A DNA stretch of 64,000 nt from an uncultured delta proteobacterium (GTDB lineage Bacteria; Myxococcota_A; Polyangia; Fen-1088). Positions within the stretch are counted from its first letter, which is position 1; each line of letters starts with the position of its first letter. Shown here in pieces: positions 39,346-48,348 of the stretch. The position numbers were made by a program, and so were the translations under genes. The notes under the pieces are model-generated. The model saw nothing but the letters and a program-made list of their open reading frames with translations. It searched no databases and was not told the origin of the DNA. The stretch is from the NCBI GenBank assembly GCA_963755125.1, contig CAVWIP010000012.1:288001-352000 (forward strand), given 5' to 3'.

Positions 39346-40032
39346 CTAGAAGAGGGATCTCTGACCGCTCGCTGCGGGTGGCGCCAGGCAGTCCGGATCG
39401 TCGTTTCTGACCGAGTTCACGCGCAGGGAAACCGGCATCGCGACCAGCAGCTCTTCGGGCGCCCGGTGCAGGAGCTTCTGCGACGGCTCGGCCAGCCAGG
39501 CCACGGCCTCCTCGGGCGAGAACAGGGCGGGCATGCGGTCGTGCACCGGCGCCATCAGGCGATTGGGACCGGTGGTAAGGATCCCGAAACGCGCGTGACC
39601 GGGGCACTCGTCGTCGAAAAGCCCGGCCAGGAGCAGCAGCCGGCCATCCGGCCGATGAAACCACAGCGGCCGGCGCCCGGTGGGGCCGGACTGCCACTCG
39701 AAGAAGCCGTCAGCAGGAATCACGCAGCGCCGGCTGACGAAGGCTTCCTGGAAAGCGCGTTTGAACGGCGCGGTTTCGGCGCAAACGTTGATGGTAGGCG
39801 GCTTGCCACGACCGCAGGCCACGAGGCCCCACTCGGCAAAACCCAATGCGGGACGCCCGCTGTTCTGCCGGACGATGGGATGGCGCTGGCTCGGAGCCAC
39901 GTTGTAGCGCGGGCGATATTGGGCCGCTGCCCCTTCGTCGACGGCAAGCGGGCCAGCGCCGGCGAGGAGCGCCGCCAGTTCGGTCAGCACGTCGTCCCAC
40001 TCGCGACGCGTCAGGGTCATGCGGCCACACAT
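39346..40032 (-). CDS. SOS response-associated peptidase (SRAP/YedK/HMCES, abasic-site protection)
   Basis: N-terminal MCGR, RYNVAPSQ, RRCVIPADGFFEW, HDRMP. Confidence 0.93.
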   Translation of the reverse strand: MCGRMTLTRREWDDVLTELAALLAGAGPLAVDEGAAAQYRPRYNVAPSQRHPIVRQNSGRPALGFAEWGLVACGRGKPPTINVCAETAPFKRAFQEAFVSRRCVIPADGFFEWQSGPTGRRPLWFHRPDGRLLLLAGLFDDECPGHARFGILTTGPNRLMAPVHDRMPALFSPEEAVAWLAEPSQKLLHRAPEELLVAMPVSLRVNSVRNDDPDCLAPPAASGQRSLF

Positions 40033-40044
40033 GGGTCGGCAGGC

Positions 40045-40052
40045 AGTATAGT
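40045..40052. promoter_or_regulatory. Overlapping divergent -10 elements (TATAGT on +, TATACT on -)
   Basis: AGTATAGT within the 28-bp gap between two divergent ATGs (40032 and 40061). Confidence 0.6.
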
Positions 40053-40060
40053 CGTGGGCC

Positions 40061-40462
40061 ATGACCCGCACGGAATTTCAAACCGAGTTGCAGCGCCTGC
40101 GCCGCGAGGCCGGCGTGCGTGAGGAGAACGCGGGCAGCTTCCGCAGCCAGGATTGCCAGGGCTGCCTGCGCTGCATGTTCTGCACTGGCTGCACCAACTG
40201 CTACCGCTGTACCCACTGCACCGGTTGCGAGGCCACCACGGGCAGCTCGCACTGTCTGCGCTGCACCGGCTGCCACGATTGTTCGCACTGCCAGGACTCG
40301 CAGGGTTGCACCGGTTCGGCCTATCTCGTCCAGTGCGCTTCGTGCAGCGACTGCACCTACTGCACGGGCTGTGTGGGCCTTGCCAAGAAGGAATTCCACA
40401 TCCTCAACCAACCCTACAGCCGCACGGAGTACTTCGCGATCATCAAGACCCTCGCGCGCTGA
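40061..40462 (+). CDS. Small protein with 20 Cys, mostly in (Cxx)n periodicity
   Basis: CQGCLRCMFCTGCTNCYRCTHCTGC...CASCSDCTYCTGCVGL, then HILNQPYSRTEY; strong GC3 bias. Confidence 0.8.
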   Translation: MTRTEFQTELQRLRREAGVREENAGSFRSQDCQGCLRCMFCTGCTNCYRCTHCTGCEATTGSSHCLRCTGCHDCSHCQDSQGCTGSAYLVQCASCSDCTYCTGCVGLAKKEFHILNQPYSRTEYFAIIKTLAR

Positions 40463-40492
40463 ACCCTGTGGTCGGGACGTCGCTTTGATGGC

Positions 40493-40825
40493 GCTGGGAT
40501 TCGGAGCGGCGGGCCGTGGCGGGGAGGGAGACCGGGACAGGACGTCCACCGCATGGTGCTGCCACTCCATCCCATGCCAATGTTTGAGTTCTCGCCACCT
40601 CGGCAAGGCTGAACGTCCTCTCGAATTGTCCCAGCTTCGCGCGGCTCGTTGATCGGATTGGCGCTGTGCTATCCCCAGTCCCGCGATAGCCGCAAAAACC
40701 GGGGCGCCGAGAGAAGCAAGCCCCCACCGCATCATCGCCAGGGCGTCTCACCCACCCGAAACGCCAGGCGCTATCCTGACAGGGTCGTCTCTGCCCCGAC
40801 CTGGTCCCCTGCTCCGAATCCCAGC
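40493..40825. mobile_element. MITE-like element (333 bp) with perfect 15-bp terminal inverted repeats
   Basis: GCTGGGATTCGGAGC (40493-40507) and GCTCCGAATCCCAGC (40811-40825), with weaker complementarity further inward; no credible ORF inside. Confidence 0.65.
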
Positions 40826-40902
40826 AATAGCTGGCACCCGCGCGCGGATTTCGCCGCTGTGATAGAATTTTCCGAGGCCATGCACGGGAGCCCCGCCTGA
40901 AC

Positions 40903-41838
40903 ATGAGAATCCGATTCTGGGGTGTCAGGGGCTCCTTGCCCGTCCCGGGACCGCGAACCGAGCGGTACGGGGGCAACACCTCGTGCGTCGAGGTCAGCTC
41001 CGCGGCCGGAACCCGCATCATCATCGACGCCGGCACTGGCATCCGCCGCCTGGGCAAGGAGCTGATGCGCAGCGAGTTCGAATCGGGCAAGGGGGCGGCG
41101 CACATCCTCATCAGCCACACCCACTGGGACCACATACAGGGCCTGCCCTTCTTCGCTCCTTTCTACCGCGCCGGAAACAAGCTCTTCGTGTACGCCCGCC
41201 AGCGCGACGACCAGAACCTGCGCAGCGTGCTTTCCTTGCAGGTCGACTCGCCCTTCTTCCCGGTGCCCTTCCACAAGGCGCGCGCCGACGTGGCCTTCCG
41301 CGAACTGCACGACGGAGCGCACTTCGAGATCAATGATGTAGTGGTTTCCTGCACTCGCCTCAACCATCCCTACATCGCCACGGCCTACGCCCTGTCCGCC
41401 GACGGAGCCAAGGTGGCATATATCGCGGACACGGCACCCTTTTCGGACATCCTGTTTGGGCACGAGTTCCTGGCCGGACCGCCATCGCCGCACTCCCTGC
41501 TGAGCAAGAGCGATCACAAGACGCTGCGGACCATGCGCAGCCAGGTGGTTCGCTTGTGCGAGGGCGCGGATCTGGTCATCTACGACACCATGTTCACGCC
41601 CGAGGAGTACCGGCAGACGCCCCACTTTGGGCACTCGCGTCCCTCGGATGCGGTCGACATCTGTCACGATGCGGGCGCGCGGATGCTGGCGCTGTACCAC
41701 CACGCGCCGGATCGTTCGGACACTGAAGTGGACGCCGTGCTGGCCTCCACGCGCAAGGAAGCCACGCTGACCGCGCGCAAGCTGGAAATCATAGCGGGAT
41801 TCGAGGGGCTGGATCTGGCCCTGGGGAAGCAGGGATGA
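40903..41838 (+). CDS. MBL-fold metallo-hydrolase
   Basis: FWGVRGS, YGGNTSC, DAGTG, SHTHWDHIQGLPFF, FGHS, LYHHAP. Confidence 0.92.
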   Translation: MRIRFWGVRGSLPVPGPRTERYGGNTSCVEVSSAAGTRIIIDAGTGIRRLGKELMRSEFESGKGAAHILISHTHWDHIQGLPFFAPFYRAGNKLFVYARQRDDQNLRSVLSLQVDSPFFPVPFHKARADVAFRELHDGAHFEINDVVVSCTRLNHPYIATAYALSADGAKVAYIADTAPFSDILFGHEFLAGPPSPHSLLSKSDHKTLRTMRSQVVRLCEGADLVIYDTMFTPEEYRQTPHFGHSRPSDAVDICHDAGARMLALYHHAPDRSDTEVDAVLASTRKEATLTARKLEIIAGFEGLDLALGKQG

Positions 41839-42689
41839 TGGACGTCACCTTCTGGGGAGTGCGTGGTTCCATTCCTTCGCCGGGCCCGGGTACGGTACGC
41901 TACGGTGGCAACACCGCCTGCGTGTCGGTTCGCCTGCCCGACGGCGAACTCATCATCCTCGATTGCGGCACCGGCGCGCGCAACCTGGGCATCTCCCTGC
42001 TGGCCGGACCCTTCGGCAAGGGCAAGGGCTCGGCCACGCTGCTGCTCTCGCACGCGCACTGGGACCACATCCAGGGCTTCCCGTTCTTCGGTCCGTTCTA
42101 CGTCCCGGGCAACAGTTTCACCGTGTATGGCGGCAGCCGGGGCGAACGCCTCCTGGAAGACGTGCTCGAGCGCCAGATGGCGGCCCAGTTCTTCCCTGTG
42201 CAAAGCTTCCACAACATGGGCGCCCGTATCGAGATGCGCCCCCTGGGCGAGGACAAGGACGTGCGAGTCGGCAGCGCGACCGTCAGGGCGCACGCCAATC
42301 CGCACGGACCCACGCCTGCGCTGGCTTTTCGCATCGACGCTGGCGGCAAGTCTCTGGTCTACGCCAGCGACGCCGGCTATGGGACAGGCGGCCCGCCCCA
42401 GGCAGCGTTGGACCTCTACCGCGGCGTTGACCTGCTGATCCACGACAGCACCTTCACCCCCGAGGACCGGGCCCTGCGCCTGGAGAGGGGCTTGTCGTCG
42501 CTCGAAGATGCGGTGGACTGTGCGGCACGTGCCGGGGTCAAGAAACTGGCGCTTTTCCACTATGACCAGGACTACAGCGATCACGACGTGGATGAGCTGG
42601 TGGCTCGCGGTCGGCGCTGGCTGGAAGGGCGCGCCGCCGCGGGGATCGAGGTGCTCGGCGCAGCCGAAGGGCTCACCCTTTCGCTGTAG
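41835..42689 (+). CDS. MBL-fold metallo-hydrolase, tandem paralog
   Basis: FWGVRGS, YGGNTAC, SHAHWDHIQGFPFF, LFHYD; ATGA overlap. Confidence 0.92.
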   Translation: MMDVTFWGVRGSIPSPGPGTVRYGGNTACVSVRLPDGELIILDCGTGARNLGISLLAGPFGKGKGSATLLLSHAHWDHIQGFPFFGPFYVPGNSFTVYGGSRGERLLEDVLERQMAAQFFPVQSFHNMGARIEMRPLGEDKDVRVGSATVRAHANPHGPTPALAFRIDAGGKSLVYASDAGYGTGGPPQAALDLYRGVDLLIHDSTFTPEDRALRLERGLSSLEDAVDCAARAGVKKLALFHYDQDYSDHDVDELVARGRRWLEGRAAAGIEVLGAAEGLTLSL

Positions 42690-42789
42690 CTCGGCCCGTT
42701 CGCCAGCCGGAAGTTACCTGCTTCGCGACCGATCCACGCTATCCAGGTCTCGGACATTCCGCCCGACCCGTGCTAGCTTTCGCCGCACC

Positions 42790-44091
42790 ATGAAGACACT
42801 GCTCGAACGTATCGGGGATCGTTCTGCCCGGGTGGTCGTGGTGGGCGCTGGCTACGTGGGTCTTCCGCTGGCGGTGGAGATCGCCCAGGCCGGATTCCTC
42901 ACCACGGCCTACGATCGCATGGCCGCCAAGGTGAACGCCGTCAAGTCTGGCCAGTCCCATATCGCGGACGTTCCCTCCTCCGTGCTGGGGCCGCTGGTCG
43001 CTCAGGGCAAGCTGCAGGCCAGCGACGATGCCGACGTGCTGGGCCAGGCCGACGCGGTGATCATCTGCGTGCCCACCCCGCTCAACAAGACGAAGGATCC
43101 GGATAACTCGTTCATCCTCGACGCAGCCGAGATGTTGCTGCCGCGCATGCGCCGCCCGCAGATCGTCGTGCTGGAGAGCACCACCTTCCCGGGCTTCACG
43201 CGTGAGGTGCTGTTGCCCAAGCTGTCGTCGACCGGACTCAAAGTCGACCAGGACTTCTTCGTCGCCTTTTCTCCCGAGCGAGTGGATCCAGGCAACCCGA
43301 AATTCCACACCCGCAACACGCCCAAGGTCATCGGCTCCACCAGCCCGCAGGGACTGGAGGCCGCGGTCGCGCTGTACAGCGCGTTCATCGAACGGGTCAT
43401 CCCAGTGTCGTCATCCGACACGGCGGAGATGGTGAAGCTGCTGGAGAACACCTTTCGCGCGGTCAACATCGGGCTGGTCAACGAAGTCGCCATCATGTGC
43501 AGCCGCCTGGGCCTTGATAGCTGGGAGGTCATCGACGCCGCCGCCAGCAAGCCTTTCGGGTTCATGCCCTTCTATCCTGGCCCGGGCCTGGGCGGGCACT
43601 GCATCCCCATCGATCCCCTGTACCTGTCGTGGAAACTCAAGACCCTCAAGTACAACGCGCGCTTCATCCAGCTCGCGGACGAAGTCAACTCGTCCATGCC
43701 GGAATTCGTTGCGGTCAAGGTGGCCGACGCCCTCAACGACCGCGGCCTGGCGGTGCGGGGCGCGAAGATCCTAGTGTGCGGGGTTACCTATAAACGCGAC
43801 ATTGATGACGTGCGGGAATCCCCGGCACTGGACATCATCGAGCTTCTGCAGCGACGGGGCGCCCAGGTGGCATATTTCGACCGGCACGTCCCCCAACTCG
43901 ACCATGGCGGCACCGCCGTCCCGAGTGCCACGCTGGACCGACTGGCTGACTTCGACTGCGTCGTGATCGCGACGGATCACAGCGACGTGGACTACGCCGC
44001 GCTGGTGGAAAACGCCCGTCTGGTGGTCGACACCCGGAACGCCACCCGAGGGCTACGCGCGCGTTTTCCGGGCCGAATTGTGGTGCTGTAG
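42790..44091 (+). CDS. Nucleotide-sugar (UDP-GlcNAc/ManNAc-type) 6-dehydrogenase
   Basis: GAGYVGLP, CVPTP, ESTT, SPERVDPG, KLLENTFR, GGHCIP, YKRDIDDVRES. Confidence 0.93.
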   Translation: MKTLLERIGDRSARVVVVGAGYVGLPLAVEIAQAGFLTTAYDRMAAKVNAVKSGQSHIADVPSSVLGPLVAQGKLQASDDADVLGQADAVIICVPTPLNKTKDPDNSFILDAAEMLLPRMRRPQIVVLESTTFPGFTREVLLPKLSSTGLKVDQDFFVAFSPERVDPGNPKFHTRNTPKVIGSTSPQGLEAAVALYSAFIERVIPVSSSDTAEMVKLLENTFRAVNIGLVNEVAIMCSRLGLDSWEVIDAAASKPFGFMPFYPGPGLGGHCIPIDPLYLSWKLKTLKYNARFIQLADEVNSSMPEFVAVKVADALNDRGLAVRGAKILVCGVTYKRDIDDVRESPALDIIELLQRRGAQVAYFDRHVPQLDHGGTAVPSATLDRLADFDCVVIATDHSDVDYAALVENARLVVDTRNATRGLRARFPGRIVVL

Positions 44092-44093
44092 TA

Positions 44094-44168
44094 ATGGGAA
44101 CCCTCAAAGGGTTCCCAAACCCTCCCGCGATGGTGCGCCGCCGGCAGAGCCGGCGGGCTCCCCACGCA
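44094..44168 (+). repeat. Double-hairpin REP-like element, copy 3
   Basis: ATGGGAACCCTCAAAGGGTTCCCAAACCCTCCCGCGATGGTGCGCCGCCGGCAGAGCCGGCGGGCTCCCCACGCA, starting just after the stop codon. Confidence 0.85.
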
Positions 44169-44396
44169 ATTGACATCGTTCTTGGTGGGGAAAGACCGCA
44201 CCTGCCCGTCGGCAGGAAACCTGGCAGAAACGAGGATCGCGCAGTTTTCCCGCGAATTTCATCGCACTCCGATCGAAAAATCGGCTACAGTCTGCTGCTA
44301 ACGCCTGTTTTCGTGGCGCCCAGGGATGGTGATGTTGGCCATTCCCGCCGCGCAGAGCAGGTGGTTCCAGGCCCACCCCAACACGAAGGAGATACG

Positions 44397-44708
44397 ATGG
44401 CTAAAGGTCCCATTTCCAAGTCTGCCCTAATTCAGATTCTCTCTGACAAGTCTGCCAACGAGCTCACTCGCAAGGACGTCAAGGGCGTCCTTGAGAATCT
44501 GGCCACCGTCGGCCAGGCCGAGCTGAAGAAGAACGGCGTGTTCGTCGTACCCGGACTCGTGCGCATGGTCGTAGTCAAGAAGCCGGCCACCAAGGAGCGC
44601 AAGGGCATCAACCCGTTCACCGGCCTGGAAACCGTGTTCAAGGCCAAGCCAGCCCGCAAGGTGGTCAAGGCGCGCGCTGTGAAGGCGGCCAAGGACGCCG
44701 TAGCGTAG
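44397..44708 (+). CDS. HU-family DNA-binding protein
   Basis: AAGGAG RBS; SKSALI, GINPFTG, FKAKPA. Confidence 0.9.
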   Translation: MAKGPISKSALIQILSDKSANELTRKDVKGVLENLATVGQAELKKNGVFVVPGLVRMVVVKKPATKERKGINPFTGLETVFKAKPARKVVKARAVKAAKDAVA

Positions 44709-44718
44709 GCTTGCGTAT

Positions 44719-44792
44719 GCCCGCTTCAGCCGACCGGCTTGAAGTGGGCGCTGACCGACCGGGGCGCCTTCGGGCGCCCGCGGTTGGTTGTG
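44719..44792 (+). terminator. Two tandem hairpins after the HU gene, probable terminator
   Basis: gcccgcttcagccg/cggcttgaagtgggc and gggcgcc-ttcg-ggcgccc followed by a G/T-rich run. Confidence 0.5.
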
Positions 44793-44927
44793 TTGCGGGA
44801 AGGGGTTGGCGGTGAAAGGCGCCGAGGGACCGGGCTCAACGTCGCGGGTTGGCTGTGCCAGGGTGCGCCTTCTCCGGCCCTCCAGCAGCGGTTCTTCTCC
44901 CCGGTGCCGGCGATGCTAGAAGCCGCT

Positions 44928-45638
44928 GTGATCTTGGACAGTGCCTGCAAGTCATTCGGTGACTTGCGCGCGGTTGCCGATCTTTCTCTATCGGTTGTGC
45001 CGGGTGAGATCTATGGGCTGCTTGGCCCCAATGGCGCGGGCAAGACCACGGCCTTGCGCATGCTGGCCGGTCTCGTCCAGCCGTCGAGCGGCCGCGCTCT
45101 CTTGCTCGGCCTCGATGCCGGGTCCTCGCAAGCCAAGACGCGCATGGGGTTTCTGAGCGGCAGCACGGGCCTTTATGCCCACCTGACCCCGCGCGAGACC
45201 TGGCAGTACTTCGGCCGTATTCACGGCCTGTCCGCCAGCGACTTGTCACGGCGGATCGCCACCCTGGTGCGCTGGCTGGCCCTGGAGAATATCCTCGATC
45301 GACGCTGCGAAAGCCTGTCGGGAGGCGAGAAACAACGAGTGTCGCTGGCGCGCGCCGTGCTGCACGACCCGCCGGTTCTGATTCTTGACGAACCGACCAG
45401 CGGCCTCGACGTATTGGCCAGCCGATCGTTGCGTGACTTCGTGGGCAGCGAACGCGCCCGCGGCAAGGCCGTGCTCTTCTCCACCCACTACCTGGCTGAA
45501 GCCGAGTTGCTGTGCGACCGCATCGGGCTGCTCTTTCGCGGCCGCCTCCTGCGCGAAGGCACGCCCGCAAGCATCCGCGCGGAATGCGGGACGACGACCC
45601 TGGAACAGGCCTTTCTCAAGCTCGTGGACGGCGAGTGA
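44928..45638 (+). CDS. ABC transporter ATP-binding protein (NatA-like)
   Basis: GPNGAGKTT, LSGGEKQR, LILDEPT, STH; start GTG 44928 or ATG 44913. Confidence 0.92.
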   Translation: MILDSACKSFGDLRAVADLSLSVVPGEIYGLLGPNGAGKTTALRMLAGLVQPSSGRALLLGLDAGSSQAKTRMGFLSGSTGLYAHLTPRETWQYFGRIHGLSASDLSRRIATLVRWLALENILDRRCESLSGGEKQRVSLARAVLHDPPVLILDEPTSGLDVLASRSLRDFVGSERARGKAVLFSTHYLAEAELLCDRIGLLFRGRLLREGTPASIRAECGTTTLEQAFLKLVDGE

Positions 45639-45644
45639 TTCGAC

Positions 45645-47576
45645 ATGTCCAGGCGTCTGTCCCATGTGTTGCTCACCCTCGGCAAGGAACTGCGAGAGTC
45701 CCTGCGCGACCGCCGCACGCTGGCGGTCATGATCCTCTTTCCCCTGGTCGTGTACCCGCTGCTCTCGTTGCTGGCGGCGCAGGTGGCGGTATCGCGCGAC
45801 AGGGCGCGGGAGGCCCGGCCTTCCCTGGTAGCCGTGGCGGGAACGGGCGACGCGCGCGACGATCTTGCGGCCCGGATTCGCGAGCGGCCCAAGCTGCTCG
45901 CCCTGGTTGAGCGGGGCAGCCGGGCCGATGTCGTGGCCGGCAGGCTGGACGCCCTGATCCAACTCGGCGAGACCAGCGCCAGCCGCGCCGAGATCCTGTA
46001 CGACGCTGGCCGCGAGGAGTCCCGCGAGGCAGCCGAGCGGCTCGCCGACGTCATCGCCTCGGTCTTGCCCGAGGGCTGCGCGCCCCGATTTTCGCTGGAC
46101 AAGCGCAACCTGGCCCCCGAGGCCAGCGTGGGTGGCTACCTCCTGTCCAAGGTGCTGCCGCTGCTGGTCGTCCTGATGGTGCTGCTGGGCGCTTTCTACC
46201 CAGCCATCGACGTCACCGCGGGCGAGCGCGAACGGGGCACCCTCGAAACCATTCTGTCATCGCCCATTCGGCGCTTCGACCTTCTGCTGGGAAAGGTTCT
46301 GGCGGTGACCGCCCTGGCTGCACTCACCGGACTGCTCAATCTCGCCTCGATGTCGGTCACCTTGATCCAGGTCATGCACCTGGCGGATCCGAGCGCGACG
46401 CTGCCGGTGCCCTGGACGCGCGCCGCCGCTGCCGCAACGGTGGTGCTTCCTTCGGCCTTCTTCTTCGCATCGGTCTTCGTGGCGGTGGGCGCCGTCGCGC
46501 GCGGATTCAAGGAGGCGCAGCACCTTCTGACCCCGGTGTACTTCTTGTCCATCGCGCCGGCGGTCGCGGGAGCCGTTGGCGAATATCGGCTGGCCGGTCT
46601 GGCCGCCTGGATCCCCTGCATGAACGTGACCCTGCTCGCGCGCGAACTGCTGCTCGGACATACACCCTGGTCGGGCGCGCTGGCAGCCGTGGCCTCCACC
46701 GTGGCCTGGGGCTGCGCTGCGCTGGCGGTGGCCGCCCATATCTTCAGCTCCGAGCGTTTTGTCGACCCCGGGCCGCGCGAAAGCCGGCACGATTTCAGCG
46801 CTCCTTCGCCGCAATCAAAGCCGCCCACGGCTGGCCAGGCCCTGTTCCTCTTCGCGCTGGCCTTTGTCCTGCTCTATTTTCTGTGGCTGCCTTTGCAGCG
46901 ACGCAACCTCGTGCTCGGGCTCCTGGCCTCGGAGTGGGGCGGCCTCTTCGGTCTGGTGGTGCTGTTTGCCGCATTCACGCGCCGATCGCTTCCGGGTCTG
47001 CTGCGCATCGTGCGGCCGCCGCCACGCTGCCTGGCCGGCGCGGCCCTGGTGGGTCTGAGCGCATGGGCGGCGGTGGCCATTTTGAGCGAATGGCTGAGCC
47101 CGGTGCCCAAAGAAGTCATCGAGCAGCTTCGGCGCAGCCTGATTCCCACCGACGGCAGCCGCGGCCTCCTGGCCACGCTGGCCCTGGTTGCGCTGACCCC
47201 GGCCATCTGCGAGGAGGCCCTGTTCCGCGGCCCCATCCTGCGCGGGCTGCGCACGCGGGCCAGCCCTGCGGCGGCGGTGGCCCTGACCGGCCTCCTCTTC
47301 GGCGTCTTCCACGTCGAGCTGTCGCGCATTCTGCCCACCGCCCTGCTCGGGGTGCTGCTCTCGCTGGTGGCCCTGGAAAGCGGGTCGATTCTCCCCGCCA
47401 TGCTGGCCCATTTCCTCAACAACGCCAGTCTGGTCGGGTTGGCCTACTTTCACATTGACGAGAAGGTGGCCGAGGTTGGCACCGCCACGTCCGTGCTCAT
47501 TCTGATCGCTGCCGCTGCGCTGACTGCGCTCGGCTTACTCCTGGTGCGCAGCGGCGCTCGCCACGGAAAATTGTAG
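45645..47576 (+). CDS. ABC-2 permease (NatB-like) fused to a CPBP/CAAX intramembrane protease
   Basis: KELRESLRDRRT, AGERERGTLE; C-terminal EEALFRG, FGVFH, HFLNN. Confidence 0.88.
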   Translation: MSRRLSHVLLTLGKELRESLRDRRTLAVMILFPLVVYPLLSLLAAQVAVSRDRAREARPSLVAVAGTGDARDDLAARIRERPKLLALVERGSRADVVAGRLDALIQLGETSASRAEILYDAGREESREAAERLADVIASVLPEGCAPRFSLDKRNLAPEASVGGYLLSKVLPLLVVLMVLLGAFYPAIDVTAGERERGTLETILSSPIRRFDLLLGKVLAVTALAALTGLLNLASMSVTLIQVMHLADPSATLPVPWTRAAAAATVVLPSAFFFASVFVAVGAVARGFKEAQHLLTPVYFLSIAPAVAGAVGEYRLAGLAAWIPCMNVTLLARELLLGHTPWSGALAAVASTVAWGCAALAVAAHIFSSERFVDPGPRESRHDFSAPSPQSKPPTAGQALFLFALAFVLLYFLWLPLQRRNLVLGLLASEWGGLFGLVVLFAAFTRRSLPGLLRIVRPPPRCLAGAALVGLSAWAAVAILSEWLSPVPKEVIEQLRRSLIPTDGSRGLLATLALVALTPAICEEALFRGPILRGLRTRASPAAAVALTGLLFGVFHVELSRILPTALLGVLLSLVALESGSILPAMLAHFLNNASLVGLAYFHIDEKVAEVGTATSVLILIAAAALTALGLLLVRSGARHGKL

Positions 47577-47630
47577 TCTGCCTGACAATCTGCCTTGTCG
47601 GCTCCGCGTCGGGTCTGCTAAGGATTCCCC

Positions 47631-48326
47631 ATGGCTCACGCGGAAGAGAAGAGGATCCTGGGTATCTTGCGCAAATCCCCGGTACTCGCCGACGCGTCGA
47701 CTGATGCGCTGGCGCGGCTCGCGACGGCCGCCCAACTGCAAAGCTACCAACCGCGAAGGGTGGTGTTCCTGCCGGGTGACCGGGCCGTGGGCGTACACTT
47801 CTTGGCCAGCGGCCGTGTGAAGATCTCCAAGGTTACCCGCGACGGCAAGGAGCTGACCCTGGCCTACCGGACAGCCGGGGATTTCTTCGGCGAGAGCGCC
47901 TTGCTCGAAGGCGGCCCACGTGAAGAGATGGTCGAGGCCATGGAGGTGACGGCCACCGTCGAGGTCGAGCGCAGCGCCCTCGACAAGCTGCTCCTGGGCA
48001 ATGCCAACGTGACCTATCAGTTCCTGCGCGCCATGATCAACCGTCGGCGCGAACTGGAGACCAAGGTGGAACAGTTGGTGTTCAAGGACGTGGGCTCCAA
48101 GCTGGCCGAGTTGCTACTGCGCCTTGGTTCGGAACATGGGCTGGAGCACAAGCGCGGCCTGGTCCTGGGCCTGAAGATCACCCATCAAGAGATGGCGAAT
48201 CTCATCGGTTCGACCCGCGAGACGGTTTCGTTGACCCTGTCGCACTTCAAGCGCAACGGGCTCATCCAGACCGAAGGTCGCAAGGTAATCCTGGTCGACC
48301 GCGAAGGGCTGCGGTCGCTGGCGTGA
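47631..48326 (+). CDS. Crp/Fnr-family transcriptional regulator
   Basis: GDFFGE cNMP pocket; THQEMANLIGSTRETVS HTH. Confidence 0.93.
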   Translation: MAHAEEKRILGILRKSPVLADASTDALARLATAAQLQSYQPRRVVFLPGDRAVGVHFLASGRVKISKVTRDGKELTLAYRTAGDFFGESALLEGGPREEMVEAMEVTATVEVERSALDKLLLGNANVTYQFLRAMINRRRELETKVEQLVFKDVGSKLAELLLRLGSEHGLEHKRGLVLGLKITHQEMANLIGSTRETVSLTLSHFKRNGLIQTEGRKVILVDREGLRSLA

Positions 48327-48348
48327 ACAGGCTGTAGACTCTACTCAG

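Noticed and set aside
37678..40122. Long antisense ORFs (814 aa here; also 9490-11109, 22392-24170, 33377-35158, 59008-60750)
   Set aside because: Shadow frames of well-supported genes, expected at high GC; no recognisable motifs.
44094..44396. N-terminal extension of HU, and MGTL... small ORFs
   Set aside because: These ATGs belong to the REP-like repeat; HU has its own RBS and start at 44397.
47631..48326. Assignment as myxobacterial MrpC
   Set aside because: Only generic Crp features are visible and there is no mrpAB context.
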